Source: Candidatus Poribacteria bacterium
GTDB lineage: Bacteria > Poribacteria > WGA-4E > WGA-3G
Reading direction: 5' to 3'
DNA length: 64,000 bases
Assembly: GCA_963665235.2 (NCBI GenBank)
Contig: CAXXLX010000001.1
Location: 384,001-448,000 of the forward strand
Part shown: piece by piece, positions 1 through 10,875 of the stretch
Layout of the letters: each line of letters opens with the position of its first letter
Position numbering within the stretch: position 1 is the stretch's first letter
Translations under genes and position numbers: made by a program
Notes under the pieces: model-generated
The model's database searches: none
Told to the model about the DNA's origin: nothing
The model's input: the letters and a program-made list of their open reading frames with translations, nothing else

Positions 1-1059
1 ACTGAGCCAGTAATAGTTCACATTTGTAAATTTGGTAATGCGGGCGCGTCCGTAGAAGATGATTTTATCGGAGGGGTCGAACGTTTGATTCTGATTTTGG
101 TCTAAAATATAGTACCCTACTTCGTCGCCACCAGTTTTGATGAGAATGCTGTTCAAATCAATAGTTTCAGGCGAGTCCACCCCGGCAGCTTTGAGGTTGT
201 TGTAGCTGATGTAATACATATCACTGCGGGTGATAGGTGTTTTAAAACGGCGGCGGGAAACAGTTTGGACAGCTGGGGCGCGTGGCACATTAGCATCTAG
301 TGCTAAATTTCCGCGCCCGTTTGCAAACACTGCCTGTCGCCAGGCGGCAGCTTGGGTGTTGTTAATAAGCGATGTCCGAAAGATATTTTGATATGTTGCA
401 GCCCCCCCATTAGGTGGGAAATTCGAGGATTCCCACTGTCTATCGGAAACGGTGCCCTGACTCGGTACGCCATAAAAATCGATGCGGAACGTCAGGTCAT
501 GGGTGATACGCAGCTGTTGTGTCTTTGTGTTGTATTGTATCGGGTGAATACGCAAGATGCCAATCCGCTGTTCCCGAACGTATCCAACGGGTACGACCTC
601 TAACAACGCCGTAGGATAGAACGGGCCTGCTGCCGTTTCTGTGGGAGCGTCAGGAAACCGTGGGTCGGGCGGTGCCAGCTGCAACGCACGGACGTTCTTA
701 AAAGTAGTCTGTTTTTCAAGCACGGTTGCAGCAACATGGTTTGTAGGGGGCAAACCGATTTGGCTGGTATAGATAGGAAGCCTCGGTTTGCCGGTATCGG
801 TTGTCCAGGAGGCACCCTCAAGACGGATATGCGTGACCTCTTGTCCGTTGTGCAGCTGCTTTTGTATGGCATAGTTTGGCAAACGAAATCGTAGAATGAG
901 AAAATCCGGAGCAGTTCTGACAACTTGTAGGGGGGCTCTATGGGAAACAAGCGGGTGTGTGTTTCCGTTGCGCGGCAGCGAGGAAATGTCTTGCGCGCCC
1001 CCCGGTTTAACGAATGTGATGCTTATTATAAGACTGAGCAAGAAAAAAAAATGTTTCAT
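1..1059 (-). CDS. C25 family (gingipain/PorU-like) peptidase, N-terminal part with signal peptide and propeptide; runs off the left edge
   Basis: Absent from the ORF track, presumably because no stop falls inside the window. Manual translation from ATG 1059 gives MKHFFFLLSLIISITFVKPGGAQD...GKPRLPIYTSQIGLP; the same frame reads IFYGRARITKFTNVNYYWLS at the edge. Both match typical C25 propeptide/N-terminal motifs. Confidence 0.75.
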   Translation of the reverse strand, partial: MKHFFFLLSLIISITFVKPGGAQDISSLPRNGNTHPLVSHRAPLQVVRTAPDFLILRFRLPNYAIQKQLHNGQEVTHIRLEGASWTTDTGKPRLPIYTSQIGLPPTNHVAATVLEKQTTFKNVRALQLAPPDPRFPDAPTETAAGPFYPTALLEVVPVGYVREQRIGILRIHPIQYNTKTQQLRITHDLTFRIDFYGVPSQGTVSDRQWESSNFPPNGGAATYQNIFRTSLINNTQAAAWRQAVFANGRGNLALDANVPRAPAVQTVSRRRFKTPITRSDMYYISYNNLKAAGVDSPETIDLNSILIKTGGDEVGYYILDQNQNQTFDPSDKIIFYGRARITKFTNVNYYWLS

Positions 1060-1069
1060 CGGTTCATAA

Positions 1070-2131
1070 CTATTGACTATTTGCCATTTGTGCCGCGGCA
1101 GCTAGGGCAGCGATGAGACTCGTTTCGTTGGCAATGCCCTTTCCTGCAATATCAAACGCTGTCCCGTGGTCAACGCTTGTCCGTACAATCGGTAAACCTA
1201 AGGTGATGTTCACAGTTCGTCCGAAACCGAGCAGTTTTATCGGGATATTGCCCTGGTCATGATACATGGCGATGACGGCATCCCATTCCCCGCGGGCAGC
1301 CTTGATAAAGAGGGTGTCAGCTGGCAGTGGTCCATCAACGTGATACCCGGCAGCTTGTGCTTGTCGGATAGCAGGGACGATATAGGTTTCCTCCTCCCCA
1401 TTTCCAAGCATGCCGTCTTCGCCTGCATGTGGGTTCAATCCTGCTAAAACGAGCCTCGGAGACACAATGCCGAACTGCTGGAGGGCCGTATGTGTTATTT
1501 CAATGACATCGCGGATTCTTTCCACTGAAAGCTGCTGTGAGACCGAGGCGAGTGGAATGTGATTTGTGACGAAAGAGACGGTCAGTCGTGTTTCTGCAGG
1601 AGCCGCCTGGACACAACCGACGGGGTCCGCCCAAGTTTTCAGCATCATAACAACTTTCGGTGTTTGCGTCAAATCCGCAAGCATTTCCGTATGCCCCGGG
1701 TAGGGGGACCCTGCGCGTTGAATTGCAGCTTTACAAATCGGAGCGGTTGTGATAGCGTCAAGGCTCCCGTTGCATGTGAGTTGCACCCCGTGCTCAACCG
1801 CGCTAATTGCAGCACTGCCGCACTTTGCAGCTATGGTTCCCATTGAAAACGTCCCCGGTTGCAACGTGCTCACATCAAGGACATCAATTCGTCCGTGACT
1901 CGCGGGGGGCCACTGCTGGGCCTCTGTAATGGCACTTACTTTTGGATAACGCCATGCAGCTGTATCACAAGCGGTATAAGCGAATCTGAGTGCATCCCGA
2001 ATGACTGCCGAGCTCCCAATCACAAGCGGCTGACATAACGCGTAGACGTACTTGTGGCTCAGTGCCTTAACAATAATTTCAGGACCGATGCCTGCAGCAT
2101 CGCCCATCGTTATTCCTATACGCGGCAACAT
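1070..2131 (-). CDS. pdxA: 4-hydroxythreonine-4-phosphate dehydrogenase (PdxA family)
   Basis: ITMGDAAGIGPE, GHTEML, NPHAGE, AMYHDQG and RTSVDHGTAFDIAG motifs. Confidence 0.93.
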   Translation of the reverse strand: MLPRIGITMGDAAGIGPEIIVKALSHKYVYALCQPLVIGSSAVIRDALRFAYTACDTAAWRYPKVSAITEAQQWPPASHGRIDVLDVSTLQPGTFSMGTIAAKCGSAAISAVEHGVQLTCNGSLDAITTAPICKAAIQRAGSPYPGHTEMLADLTQTPKVVMMLKTWADPVGCVQAAPAETRLTVSFVTNHIPLASVSQQLSVERIRDVIEITHTALQQFGIVSPRLVLAGLNPHAGEDGMLGNGEEETYIVPAIRQAQAAGYHVDGPLPADTLFIKAARGEWDAVIAMYHDQGNIPIKLLGFGRTVNITLGLPIVRTSVDHGTAFDIAGKGIANETSLIAALAAAAQMANSQ

Positions 2132-2191
2132 TTTTTAATTATGGAGCCTCCGCTTCGCCAATCAACGGTTTTCGACTATGCCGATTCCCGC

Positions 2192-4723
2192 CTATCCAAT
2201 TATGTTTGTGTTCTGTAACGTGACATCTTCTACGACAGGCGGTACTACAGTGTCAGGATTACTTTCTATATCGGGGTCCGGTTCGGTTTTCAGGGCAAGC
2301 GTAATGACTTGTGTCATATCGTTGACTGGGTGCCACTGAATTTTGTCCCGAATGTCATCCGGTACCTCTGAAACGTCCTTCTCATTGTCTTCAGGGATAA
2401 TGATGTCAACAATACCGTTTCGATAGGCGGCGAGTGCTTTCTCTTTGAGCCCTCCGATTGTGAGGACATGCCCTCGGAGCGTGATTTCGCCTGTCATTGC
2501 GACATCTTTTCTCACCTTTTTACCGGTGATAGTGCTGAAAATAGCGGTTGCGACGGTGATACCTGCTGAGGGCCCGTCTTTCGGAACAGCCCCTTCTGGA
2601 ATATGGATATGGATGTCGTTCTTTTCAAAGATTGCTGGGTCGATGTCAAAGGCTTCTGCGCGGGACCGGAGGTATGCCACAGCGGTTTGCACAGATTCCC
2701 GCATCACTTCTTGGAGCTGTCCGGTCATATTCAATTTGCCTTCCCCGGGCATAAGCGTGGCTTCAACCGAGACAATATCGCCGCCGACCTGTGTCCAGAC
2801 CATGCCTGTTGCGACTCCGACCTCATCATGCTCCTGTGCCTTGGTACGTGTCCACTTTGGTGGCCCGAGGTAGTCTCTGAGCTCAGCTTCAATCACTTCA
2901 GTTTTCATATCGGGGGTATCTTCGGTGACTATCTGCTTCGCGATTTTTCGGCAAATATTGGTAATGTTCCGTTCTAGGCTACGGACCCCTGCTTCTCGCG
3001 TGTATTTGTGGATGATTTCAAATATTGCGGTGTCAGCAAAGGTGATATTTTCTGGGGACAACCCGTGCGTTTTTAGTTGCTTCGGAATGAGCCCATTCGG
3101 TTCAAAGGTTGCGATTTTGTGCTTCTCAAAATCGGTATAGCCTGGCAATTCAATCACTTCCATGCGGTCTTCAAGGGCGGGCGGTATGGTGACCCGCGTA
3201 TTGGCTGTGGTGATAAACATTACCTCCGAGAGGTCAAATTCAACATCAAGGTAGTGGTCCCGGAAGGTTTCATTCTGTTCCGGGTCAAGTACTTCCAGCA
3301 GTGCGGATGCGGGGTCGCCGCGCCAATCGGAGCTGAGTTTATCAATTTCATCGAGCAGGAACAGCGGGTTTTTGGTTTTGACATCGCGCAAGCCTTGTAT
3401 GATACGCCCCGGAATTGCCCCGATGTAAGTACGCCGATGCCCACGAATTTCCGCTTCATCCCGTACGCCGCCGAGCGACATCCGGACGAATTTTCTACCT
3501 GTCGCGCGTGCAACGGATTTCCCTAACGATGTTTTGCCAACACCCGGTGGGCCCACTAAGCAAAGAATCGGACCTTTGACCTGTTCAACTAATTTCAAAA
3601 CAGCGAGATATTCTAAAACGCTCGCTTTCGGTTTGTCTAGCCCGTAATGGTCTTCATCAAGGATTTGGGAAGCTTGTGTAAGTTCGATGCTATTTTCGGT
3701 ACGTTCTTTCCAGGGGACAGCGAGTAGCCAATCAATATAGGTGCGAATCACGCCGGACTCGGCAGAAAACGGAGGTATCTGCCCCAGTCGGTTGAGCTCC
3801 TTGAGTGCTTTTTCTTTTGCCTCGTCGGTCATGCCTGCTTCTTTGACCTGTTCGCGGAGGGATTCAACGTCGTCTATTTCCTCGCCTCGCCCTAATTTGT
3901 TTTGAATAACTTTCATCTTTTCTTGGAGGAAGAATTCACGTTGCGTTTTCTCAACAGATTTTCGGACATCGTTCAAAATTTCTTCCTCTAGCTCTAACGT
4001 TTCAAGGTCGGCTTCCAGCAGTGCTGTGACGAGTTGGAGCCGCTTCATCGGATTAAGTTCCTCAAGAATTTCTTGACGTTTGACAGGTGGGAACTTAGCA
4101 AATCGGGCAATCGTATCGGCAAGCAGTCCGGGTTCTGTTAGGTCTCGTACCAGAATTTCTGCTGCGGGCAGAATATCGTCAGAATGCGATTTGGCATAAC
4201 TCCGGAAAGCACGTTTTGCATCCCGCCGAAGTTCCGAGGCAGCAGCGGAAACACCGGTGACTTCAGCGACGATTTTTACTTCTGTCTTTAAGTAGCCATC
4301 AACAGTATCGCAGCTGGTGACGATTGCGCGGGCGATTGGCTCTATTGCAAGCCGGAGGGTACCATCCTTCGGGTCGTGAACATCAACAATCTTTGAAGCA
4401 ACACCGATAGTGTACAGGTCGTCCGGTTGCACTTCAGCGTCTTCTTCAAGGTCCGTTTTTTGATGCAGGAGCAAAACTCTCTTATTGGTGCGGAGTGCCT
4501 CATGTGCAGCAAGCACCCCCCTTTCACGCCCTACAGGCACAAGGGTCCAGTCCATTAACCGCCTTTCAACAACCGAGCCCGTTTTTGGCAGGTCAACAAC
4601 ATCTTTGGTTTTCGGAAAAACAGTCTGAAAATGGGGCGGTAAGGCGATAACAGGCAAAAGGATAGGGGTATCGCTTTTCGTTTGTGATTCGCTAGAGGCA
4701 GGCCGCTCTCTTTCACGGTTCAT
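2192..4723 (-). CDS. lon: Lon ATP-dependent protease
   Basis: Walker A GPPGVGKT, HRRTYIGA, catalytic PKDGPSAG and GGLKEK. Confidence 0.97.
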   Translation of the reverse strand: MNRERERPASSESQTKSDTPILLPVIALPPHFQTVFPKTKDVVDLPKTGSVVERRLMDWTLVPVGRERGVLAAHEALRTNKRVLLLHQKTDLEEDAEVQPDDLYTIGVASKIVDVHDPKDGTLRLAIEPIARAIVTSCDTVDGYLKTEVKIVAEVTGVSAAASELRRDAKRAFRSYAKSHSDDILPAAEILVRDLTEPGLLADTIARFAKFPPVKRQEILEELNPMKRLQLVTALLEADLETLELEEEILNDVRKSVEKTQREFFLQEKMKVIQNKLGRGEEIDDVESLREQVKEAGMTDEAKEKALKELNRLGQIPPFSAESGVIRTYIDWLLAVPWKERTENSIELTQASQILDEDHYGLDKPKASVLEYLAVLKLVEQVKGPILCLVGPPGVGKTSLGKSVARATGRKFVRMSLGGVRDEAEIRGHRRTYIGAIPGRIIQGLRDVKTKNPLFLLDEIDKLSSDWRGDPASALLEVLDPEQNETFRDHYLDVEFDLSEVMFITTANTRVTIPPALEDRMEVIELPGYTDFEKHKIATFEPNGLIPKQLKTHGLSPENITFADTAIFEIIHKYTREAGVRSLERNITNICRKIAKQIVTEDTPDMKTEVIEAELRDYLGPPKWTRTKAQEHDEVGVATGMVWTQVGGDIVSVEATLMPGEGKLNMTGQLQEVMRESVQTAVAYLRSRAEAFDIDPAIFEKNDIHIHIPEGAVPKDGPSAGITVATAIFSTITGKKVRKDVAMTGEITLRGHVLTIGGLKEKALAAYRNGIVDIIIPEDNEKDVSEVPDDIRDKIQWHPVNDMTQVITLALKTEPDPDIESNPDTVVPPVVEDVTLQNTNIIG

Positions 4724-4822
4724 AATCGCTCCTTTTATTGGCTTAGGGTTTATACTTTGTCGTTAATTTTTAAAAACCTATAGCTATTTCATAGGCGGGA
4801 TACCAAACCATGCCTCCAACCG

Positions 4823-6109
4823 CTACGATGCGGTTTTAAGGACTTCAGAGGCGTTGTTAATCAATTCAGGGGATTTGTTTTCTAAAACGCAGGCTTCCGT
4901 TACCTGACATGCTTGAACCTCCGAAAGCGAGGGTATCTGGTACATCGTATCCAACATAATACCTTCTAGGACAGTTCGGAGGCCTCTGGCACCGGTCTCT
5001 CTTGCGATGACCTGATCTGCTATTGCAGAAAGCGCGCCATCCGTTACATCAAATTCCACCCCTTCGTACGCTAAAAGTTGCTTATACTGTTTGACAAGGG
5101 CATTTTTCGGCTCTGTCAAAATCCGAATCAGCGCAGGGGCATCCAGGTCGTGCAGCGTTGCAAGAATAGGTAATCTCCCAATCAATTCAGGAATAAACCC
5201 GTATTTAATTAAATCTTTAGGGATAACATGTTCAAGGATTTCGTGAAATTTCTGTTTCTGTTTGGAAACAACCGCTGAGCCGAAACCGATGCTCTGTTTA
5301 CCGATACGCTGCTTGATAGCCGCATCTAAACCGATAAAGGTACCCCCACAGATAAAAAGGACCTGTTTCGTATCCACTTCTATCATCTCTTGATGTGGAT
5401 GTTTCCGTCCCCCTTGCGGTGGCACACTTGCAACGGTGCCTTCTAAGATTTTAAGAAGGGCTTGCTGGACTCCTTCGCCAGAAACGTCCCGGGTAATAGA
5501 TGGGTTTTCAGATTTTCGGGTAATTTTGTCTATTTCATCTATGTAGATAATACCGTGTTGTGCACGCCGCGTGTCGCCATCTGCTGCTTGAACCAATTTC
5601 CGCAGAATGTTTTCCACATCTTCACCGACGTACCCCGCTTCTGTCAAAGTGGTAGCATCTGTAATCGCGAACGGTACATTTAAAACCTTCGCGAGCGTTT
5701 GGGCGAGAAGCGTTTTACCTGTGCCAGTCGGCCCTATCAACAGAATATTGCTTTTGTCCAACTCAACATCGCTCGTTTCGGGATGTTGTAAACGTTTATA
5801 GTGGGTGTAAACGGCTACGGAGAGGATTTTTTTCGCTTGCTCTTGCCCGATAACATATTCATCAAGTTTCGCTTTAATTTCTGCGGGTTCCAGTAGTAAA
5901 ACTGGCGGTGGCAGTTTTTCCGCTTTTTGAGCGGTTTGGTCGTTGGCGGGGGTCTGTTTGGAAGAATCTCCCTCGTTAAGAATCTCGTTGCATCTGGCAA
6001 TACATCTATCACAGATATTCGCCTCGGGGCCTTGAAGAAGTTGCTGGACCTCCTCACGTTCTTTCCTACAGAAAGAGCAAAACATTTTCTGATTGATGAT
6101 GTCTGACAT
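4823..6109 (-). CDS. clpX: ATP-dependent Clp protease ATP-binding subunit
   Basis: CSFC..CDRC zinc finger, [15 protein letters not shown] and IGF loop. Confidence 0.97.
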   Translation of the reverse strand: MSDIINQKMFCSFCRKEREEVQQLLQGPEANICDRCIARCNEILNEGDSSKQTPANDQTAQKAEKLPPPVLLLEPAEIKAKLDEYVIGQEQAKKILSVAVYTHYKRLQHPETSDVELDKSNILLIGPTGTGKTLLAQTLAKVLNVPFAITDATTLTEAGYVGEDVENILRKLVQAADGDTRRAQHGIIYIDEIDKITRKSENPSITRDVSGEGVQQALLKILEGTVASVPPQGGRKHPHQEMIEVDTKQVLFICGGTFIGLDAAIKQRIGKQSIGFGSAVVSKQKQKFHEILEHVIPKDLIKYGFIPELIGRLPILATLHDLDAPALIRILTEPKNALVKQYKQLLAYEGVEFDVTDGALSAIADQVIARETGARGLRTVLEGIMLDTMYQIPSLSEVQACQVTEACVLENKSPELINNASEVLKTAS

Positions 6110-6136
6110 TTTTTCCTCCGACTCTTTTTCGGACGT

Positions 6137-6727
6137 TTATTGACGATGTGTTACTACCGAATCAACGATTCCATACTCAAGTGCCTCTTGGGCAGTCATA
6201 TAAAAATCCCTATCCGCATCGGTTTCAATTTTTTCGATACTTTGCCCGGTATGTTCCGATAAAATCGTATACAAGCGGCCTCGTTCACGCAGGATTTCGT
6301 TGGCATGGATACTGATGTCCGAAGCTTGGCCGCCAATACCCCCTGCCATCGGTTGATGGATAAGTGCCTTCGCATGCGGCAACGCATACCTTTTCCCAGG
6401 CGTACCCGCTGCTAAAAGAACAGCTCCCATACTATACGCCCGTCCCAAACACCAGGTCTGCACATCCGCTTGGATATACTGCATTGTGTCGTAAATGGCT
6501 AAACCTGCAGAAACCGACCCGCCCGGCGTGTTCAAATACAACACGATATCCGCATCAGGGTCTTTTCCTTCAAGGAAAAGCATCTGCGCTGTCACTAAAC
6601 TCGCTACAGTGTCATCTTCAATAGCAGACCCAATCATAATGATTCGATCTTCAAGCAACCGGGAATAGATGTCGTAAGAACGCTCCCCCCGGCTCGTTTG
6701 TTCAACAACAATAGGTACAAGATTCAT
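6137..6727 (-). CDS. clpP: Clp protease proteolytic subunit
   Basis: [12 protein letters not shown] (Ser), HQP (His), DRD (Asp). Confidence 0.97.
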   Translation of the reverse strand: MNLVPIVVEQTSRGERSYDIYSRLLEDRIIMIGSAIEDDTVASLVTAQMLFLEGKDPDADIVLYLNTPGGSVSAGLAIYDTMQYIQADVQTWCLGRAYSMGAVLLAAGTPGKRYALPHAKALIHQPMAGGIGGQASDISIHANEILRERGRLYTILSEHTGQSIEKIETDADRDFYMTAQEALEYGIVDSVVTHRQ

Positions 6728-6790
6728 TTTTTAGGTAAATCCCGCGCGACGCGAAGCCTGCAAATCAATTCACACCACAATAGGCAGGGA

Positions 6791-8113
6791 TTAGGTGATA
6801 ATGAGCGGTTGTTTCGCAGAGGCGTGTTGAATTAAAAATTGATAAATTTTTTCGTGCTGCAGCTCAACCCTGAATTCCTCCAAACGATTGCTTGACTTCA
6901 ACAGGGCCGCATATTTCTGTGCATCCCGATTCGTTTGCTCCGCCACCCGCCGAATTTCTAATTCCAGCTCATCGTCACTTACATGGATGTTTTCAAGGGT
7001 CGCTATCTCATCGAAAATCCAAGTTTGCTTGGTCCGCTCAATGACATCGCGACGCAATTCCGCAGGCAAGGTTTCTAAATCTATCCCCGCGTCCGCCGCT
7101 GTCTGCCCCTGCGCCTGCAACTGATTCTGTACGTTTTCCATCGCCTGCTGCACAGACTTTTCAATGAGATACTCCGGAATAGTTATATCCGTGCTCTCAA
7201 TAAGCTGTGCCAGTATTTCTGCCTTCTGTTTATTAGTTTGAACCAGACGCTCCTCTTCAACCAGATTGTTCCAGATAACACCGAACAGATGCTGGTACGT
7301 GTCATACCCCAAATCCATAGCAAACTCATCGTCTAACGCAGGAAGCTGCTTCCGAGTAATTGCATGCAGCGTAACATCGTAGGTCACACATTTTCCGGCC
7401 AGCATTGGGATGTGATGGGTTGGCTCAAAAGTAACAGAAATCGACTTACTCTCTCCCGCATGCATGCCAAGCAGTCCAGCCCGCAGGTCCGGTTGTATAG
7501 TCTGCAAGCTTAAGTCAATATCTACATCCTGCCCCGCTTCAGTCTCAAATTCTTCACCATCAACAAAGCAGTTCCAATCTAAACGAATACAATCGGAGTC
7601 TTGAACTGGGCGGGTCTCTTCAATCGGCTCAAACGTCGCTGAGTCCAATTGCAACGCTGAAATATAAGCCTCTACATCCTCACGTGGAACGTTAACAGAT
7701 GCTTTGTCTGTCTGGATAGCCGCATAATCGGGAAGTGTAAAGGTCGGTTTGACATTGACAACGGCTGCAAAAACAAGGGGTTGATTTTCAACTACCTTAA
7801 ACTCAGACAACTCCGGCTCAAACACAGGATGCTCAAGCGGAAGGAGCTTTTTGCTTAATATCGCGTTCTCATAAGCAGGGATGACCAATTGTTTGACTAC
7901 CTCGCTACTGACATGCTCCGGATAGCGAGACTTGATAAACGATAAGGGGGCCCGACCTTTTCTGAAGCCAGGAAGGGATACATAGCTACGCAGCGTTTGA
8001 TATGCCTCTTTTAATGCTTCGTTTACATCTTCAATAGGTAATTCAATTTGCAACCGAACTCGCGTGCTATCCAGCATTTCAACTTCAACTTTCAAGCTAA
8101 AATCCCCTTTCAT
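6791..8113 (-). CDS. tig: Trigger factor
   Basis: PGFRKGRAP ribosome-binding signature; lies upstream of clpP-clpX-lon. Confidence 0.93.
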   Translation of the reverse strand: MKGDFSLKVEVEMLDSTRVRLQIELPIEDVNEALKEAYQTLRSYVSLPGFRKGRAPLSFIKSRYPEHVSSEVVKQLVIPAYENAILSKKLLPLEHPVFEPELSEFKVVENQPLVFAAVVNVKPTFTLPDYAAIQTDKASVNVPREDVEAYISALQLDSATFEPIEETRPVQDSDCIRLDWNCFVDGEEFETEAGQDVDIDLSLQTIQPDLRAGLLGMHAGESKSISVTFEPTHHIPMLAGKCVTYDVTLHAITRKQLPALDDEFAMDLGYDTYQHLFGVIWNNLVEEERLVQTNKQKAEILAQLIESTDITIPEYLIEKSVQQAMENVQNQLQAQGQTAADAGIDLETLPAELRRDVIERTKQTWIFDEIATLENIHVSDDELELEIRRVAEQTNRDAQKYAALLKSSNRLEEFRVELQHEKIYQFLIQHASAKQPLIIT

Positions 8114-8200
8114 GTCACAAACTTACAAAATAGCGAAACACTCGAAACGCAAATAACTGCCTGACGTTCCTCGCTCCAAACTAAACGTTTCAGATGCAAG

Positions 8201-8285
8201 TGGGCGAGGAGGGACTTGAACCCTCACGAGGCGTAACCCCAATAGATCCTAAGTCTATCCTGTCTACCAATTCCAGCACCCGCCC
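8201..8285 (-). tRNA. tRNA-Leu(TAG)
   Basis: Cloverleaf with long variable arm, anticodon TAG, T-loop TTCAAG. Confidence 0.92.
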
Positions 8286-8310
8286 CTATATTGATTGTCT
8301 TCCATAACGA

Positions 8311-8383
8311 TGCGCCGTGAAGGAATCGAACCTTCAACCGCCTGATTAAGAGTCAGATGCTCTGCCAATTGAGCTAACGGCGC
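8311..8383 (-). tRNA. tRNA-Lys(CTT)
   Basis: Acceptor GCGCCGT/ACGGCGC, anticodon loop CTCTTAA. Confidence 0.95.
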
Positions 8384-8469
8384 GCGGATTCTGTTCCTTC
8401 TCATCAAAATCTTCGGTGTGGATACCCTCTACCTTATCGAAAACGCGCACAGTAACCCACAAAAATATC

Positions 8470-8542
8470 CGCGTCCGGAGGGATTCGAACCCCCAACTTG
8501 TAGTTCCGAAGACTACTGCTCTATCCATTGAACTACGGACGC
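8470..8542 (-). tRNA. tRNA-Arg(TCG)
   Basis: Acceptor GCGTCCG/CGGACGC, anticodon loop CTTCGGA. Confidence 0.93.
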
Positions 8543-8549
8543 ATCTAAA

Positions 8550-8622
8550 GGTGGATGATGGGATTTGAACCCACGCCCTCCTGATCCACAGTCAGGCGCT
8601 CTACCCCTGAGCTACATCCACC
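8550..8622 (-). tRNA. tRNA-His(GTG)
   Basis: Encoded G-1 with an 8-bp acceptor stem, anticodon loop CTGTGGA. Confidence 0.93.
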
Positions 8623-8632
8623 ATATTCAAGG

Positions 8633-8706
<74 letters not shown>

Positions 8707-8713
8707 TTACCGA

Positions 8714-8789
<76 letters not shown>

Positions 8790-8825
8790 TAAATCGACAA
8801 CCTTCCAATTGCTTCGTGTTTATAT

Positions 8826-9720
8826 TATAACACATATTTTTGATGAAACGAGTAGGGCGCAATATCAGAAACTGGACGACACCCCCACAACCGTTTCATA
8901 CCCTCAAAAGTCAACGTCTCAAAACAGAGGTCAACGTCTGATCTTGTTCATGCACAAAACGCTTCGCGAGTTTCCAATGATGATCCTCACGTTGTCTCTT
9001 GATTTTACGGTGTTTGCGCGCCACATCTAAGCGGGAACGCTCACAGTTGTTGCTACCCTTTACTTTCTTAGCATGGGCACGTTGTGCCACAGACAAATCC
9101 GCCATAGAGGTTTTATAGAACTCAGGAGACTCATATTCTGTGCCATCGGAACAGGTGAACATCGTTTTGATACCGAAATCATACCCTGCAGCACTACCCG
9201 TCTTAGGTAGGATTTCAGATACGGTGTCATCTGTTACAACACACATATAGAAGTCACCAACACTATCTGCTTTGATAGTGACTGTCTTAATATTACCTAC
9301 TATCTCGCGGCTTAGATTAAACCGATATTGTTTTTCCATTATACGGACCCTATCACCATAGAAACTATAGCCAGAGGGGGACATTGTGAATGAATACGGT
9401 TTGCGCCATGAACGAAACTTAGGCGGACGCTTCGCAATACACTTAAAAAAACGCTGATACCCGGTGTCTAAACGCCGCAGTATATCACGCGCCGCCCAAG
9501 AGTCTAACTCACGCCAATGCGAAAACACTTCAGGATGTGAGTTCCTAAGGACGGTAAAGGCACGCGACATCTCAGGAAGCGACATATACGCAAGACCAAG
9601 AGAATAGCGCGTCCGCTGCCAACCTAAAAAATAGTTCCAAACATCATGGGCCACCCACGTTAAACGCTTGAGATTACGATTACGCGGGGCACGAAAAAGT
9701 TTGTATTTTGTGGTATACAT
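8826..9720 (-). pseudogene. tnpB: IS200/IS605-family RNA-guided nuclease TnpB, frameshifted and 3'-truncated
   Basis: HTH start YKLF, PPKFRS and RuvC-I GYDFGIK are present. After a frameshift near 8930 another frame reads LCFETLTFEGMKRLWG..VSD (RuvC-II), then stops. The zinc finger and RuvC-III are missing. Confidence 0.85.
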
Positions 9721-9857
9721 CTAAGGGTATCCTGCCTTGAAAAGTTGCTACCTGCCTCTAAAAAGGGGCGGAGAAGTCTATAGATTCTCCGCTAAGGCAT
9801 TAAATAGAGTATACCCCATTTTTCAGGAAAAGTCAAATTAAAATTTCAACTCATGCA

Positions 9858-9914
9858 CCGCTACTACATCCCCCAGCTAAAGCATGGGGGTTTTGTAGCG
9901 GAAGATTTGATAAA
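9858..9914 (-). mobile_element. IS200/IS605 left-end hairpin preceded by a TTTAT target motif
   Basis: Minus strand reads TTTAT|CAAATCTT-CCGCTAC..CCCCCA-TGCTTTAGC-TGGGGG..GTAGCGG, upstream of tnpB. Confidence 0.7.
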
Positions 9915-9977
9915 CTTGTATTTTTTCTAAAAATTCGGTATAATATTCCCATATCGCAAGTAAGGGTATTTAATTTT

Positions 9978-10856
9978 ATGCTAACTCCTGAATTTCTCGC
10001 CAAACTTGAGCAACACCGTATCCGCTGTCAGCAACCCTTTCGTGGGAAATTCAGAGGTGAACGCCGAAGCCTCAACCGCGGAACCGGTATAGAATTTGCC
10101 GATTATAGACGTTATGAACACGGCGACGACCTCCGATATCTTGATTGGAACATCTACGCACGTTTAGGAAAACTTTTTATCAAATTGTTCCAAGCAGACG
10201 AAGAATTGGCTGTCTCTATTTTGATAGACACAAGCCGGTCTATGGACTTCGGCACGCCGACGAAGTTAGCTTGTGCAAAGCAGATTGCTGCTGCAGTCGG
10301 GTATATCGCGCTAGCCAATTCTGAGCACGTATCAACTTACATGTTCTCGGAACGGTTGGTTGCTGCATCTCGGCCCGCTTACGGACGAGCGCAATTTGCA
10401 CGGTTTCAGAAAGTGCTTACCGGAATAGAGACAGGGGGAACAACCGATTTCGCAACGTGCCTTAAGCAGCTCGCTACATATCAACCGCAAGCAGGCGTTG
10501 CAGTTATTTTGAGCGATTTTTTGGACCCAGGCGGTTATGCTGATGGCATCAAGGCATTGCTAGGACGCGGTTTCGCTTTGACATTGATTCACCTGCAATG
10601 CCCAGAAGAAATTAATCCACCGCCCCCAGGCGAATGGCAATTGGTGGACGCTGAAACGGGAGTAACAAAAGAGATAACAGTGAATGAAGAAACGATTGAA
10701 TATTACCGAAATCGTCAAAACGATTTTTGTACGAACTTACACCGTTTTTGCGTCCAACGCGGTATCGGTTACACGCGAATTACTACGGATACCGCTATGG
10801 AGACGCTTATTTTGCAACAGCTGCAACAGATTGGTTTCATTCAGCGAAAACACTGA
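9978..10856 (+). CDS. DUF58 domain (vWA-like) protein
   Basis: GTGIEFADYRRYEHGDDLRYLDWN, DTSRSM and ILSDF motifs. Confidence 0.9.
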   Translation: MLTPEFLAKLEQHRIRCQQPFRGKFRGERRSLNRGTGIEFADYRRYEHGDDLRYLDWNIYARLGKLFIKLFQADEELAVSILIDTSRSMDFGTPTKLACAKQIAAAVGYIALANSEHVSTYMFSERLVAASRPAYGRAQFARFQKVLTGIETGGTTDFATCLKQLATYQPQAGVAVILSDFLDPGGYADGIKALLGRGFALTLIHLQCPEEINPPPPGEWQLVDAETGVTKEITVNEETIEYYRNRQNDFCTNLHRFCVQRGIGYTRITTDTAMETLILQQLQQIGFIQRKH

Positions 10857-10875
10857 AGGTTGAGGGACACATCCC

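Noticed and set aside
352-950. ORFs 352..603 (+) and 600..950 (-)
   Set aside because: Shadow frames of the C25-like gene at 1059..<1
8346-8528. 60-aa ORF
   Set aside because: Overlaps tRNA-Lys and tRNA-Arg
8911-9720. Functional compact TnpB/Cas12f-like nuclease or TldR-type repressor
   Set aside because: Frameshifted before RuvC-II, lacking the C-terminus, and with no recognisable right end or omega-RNA
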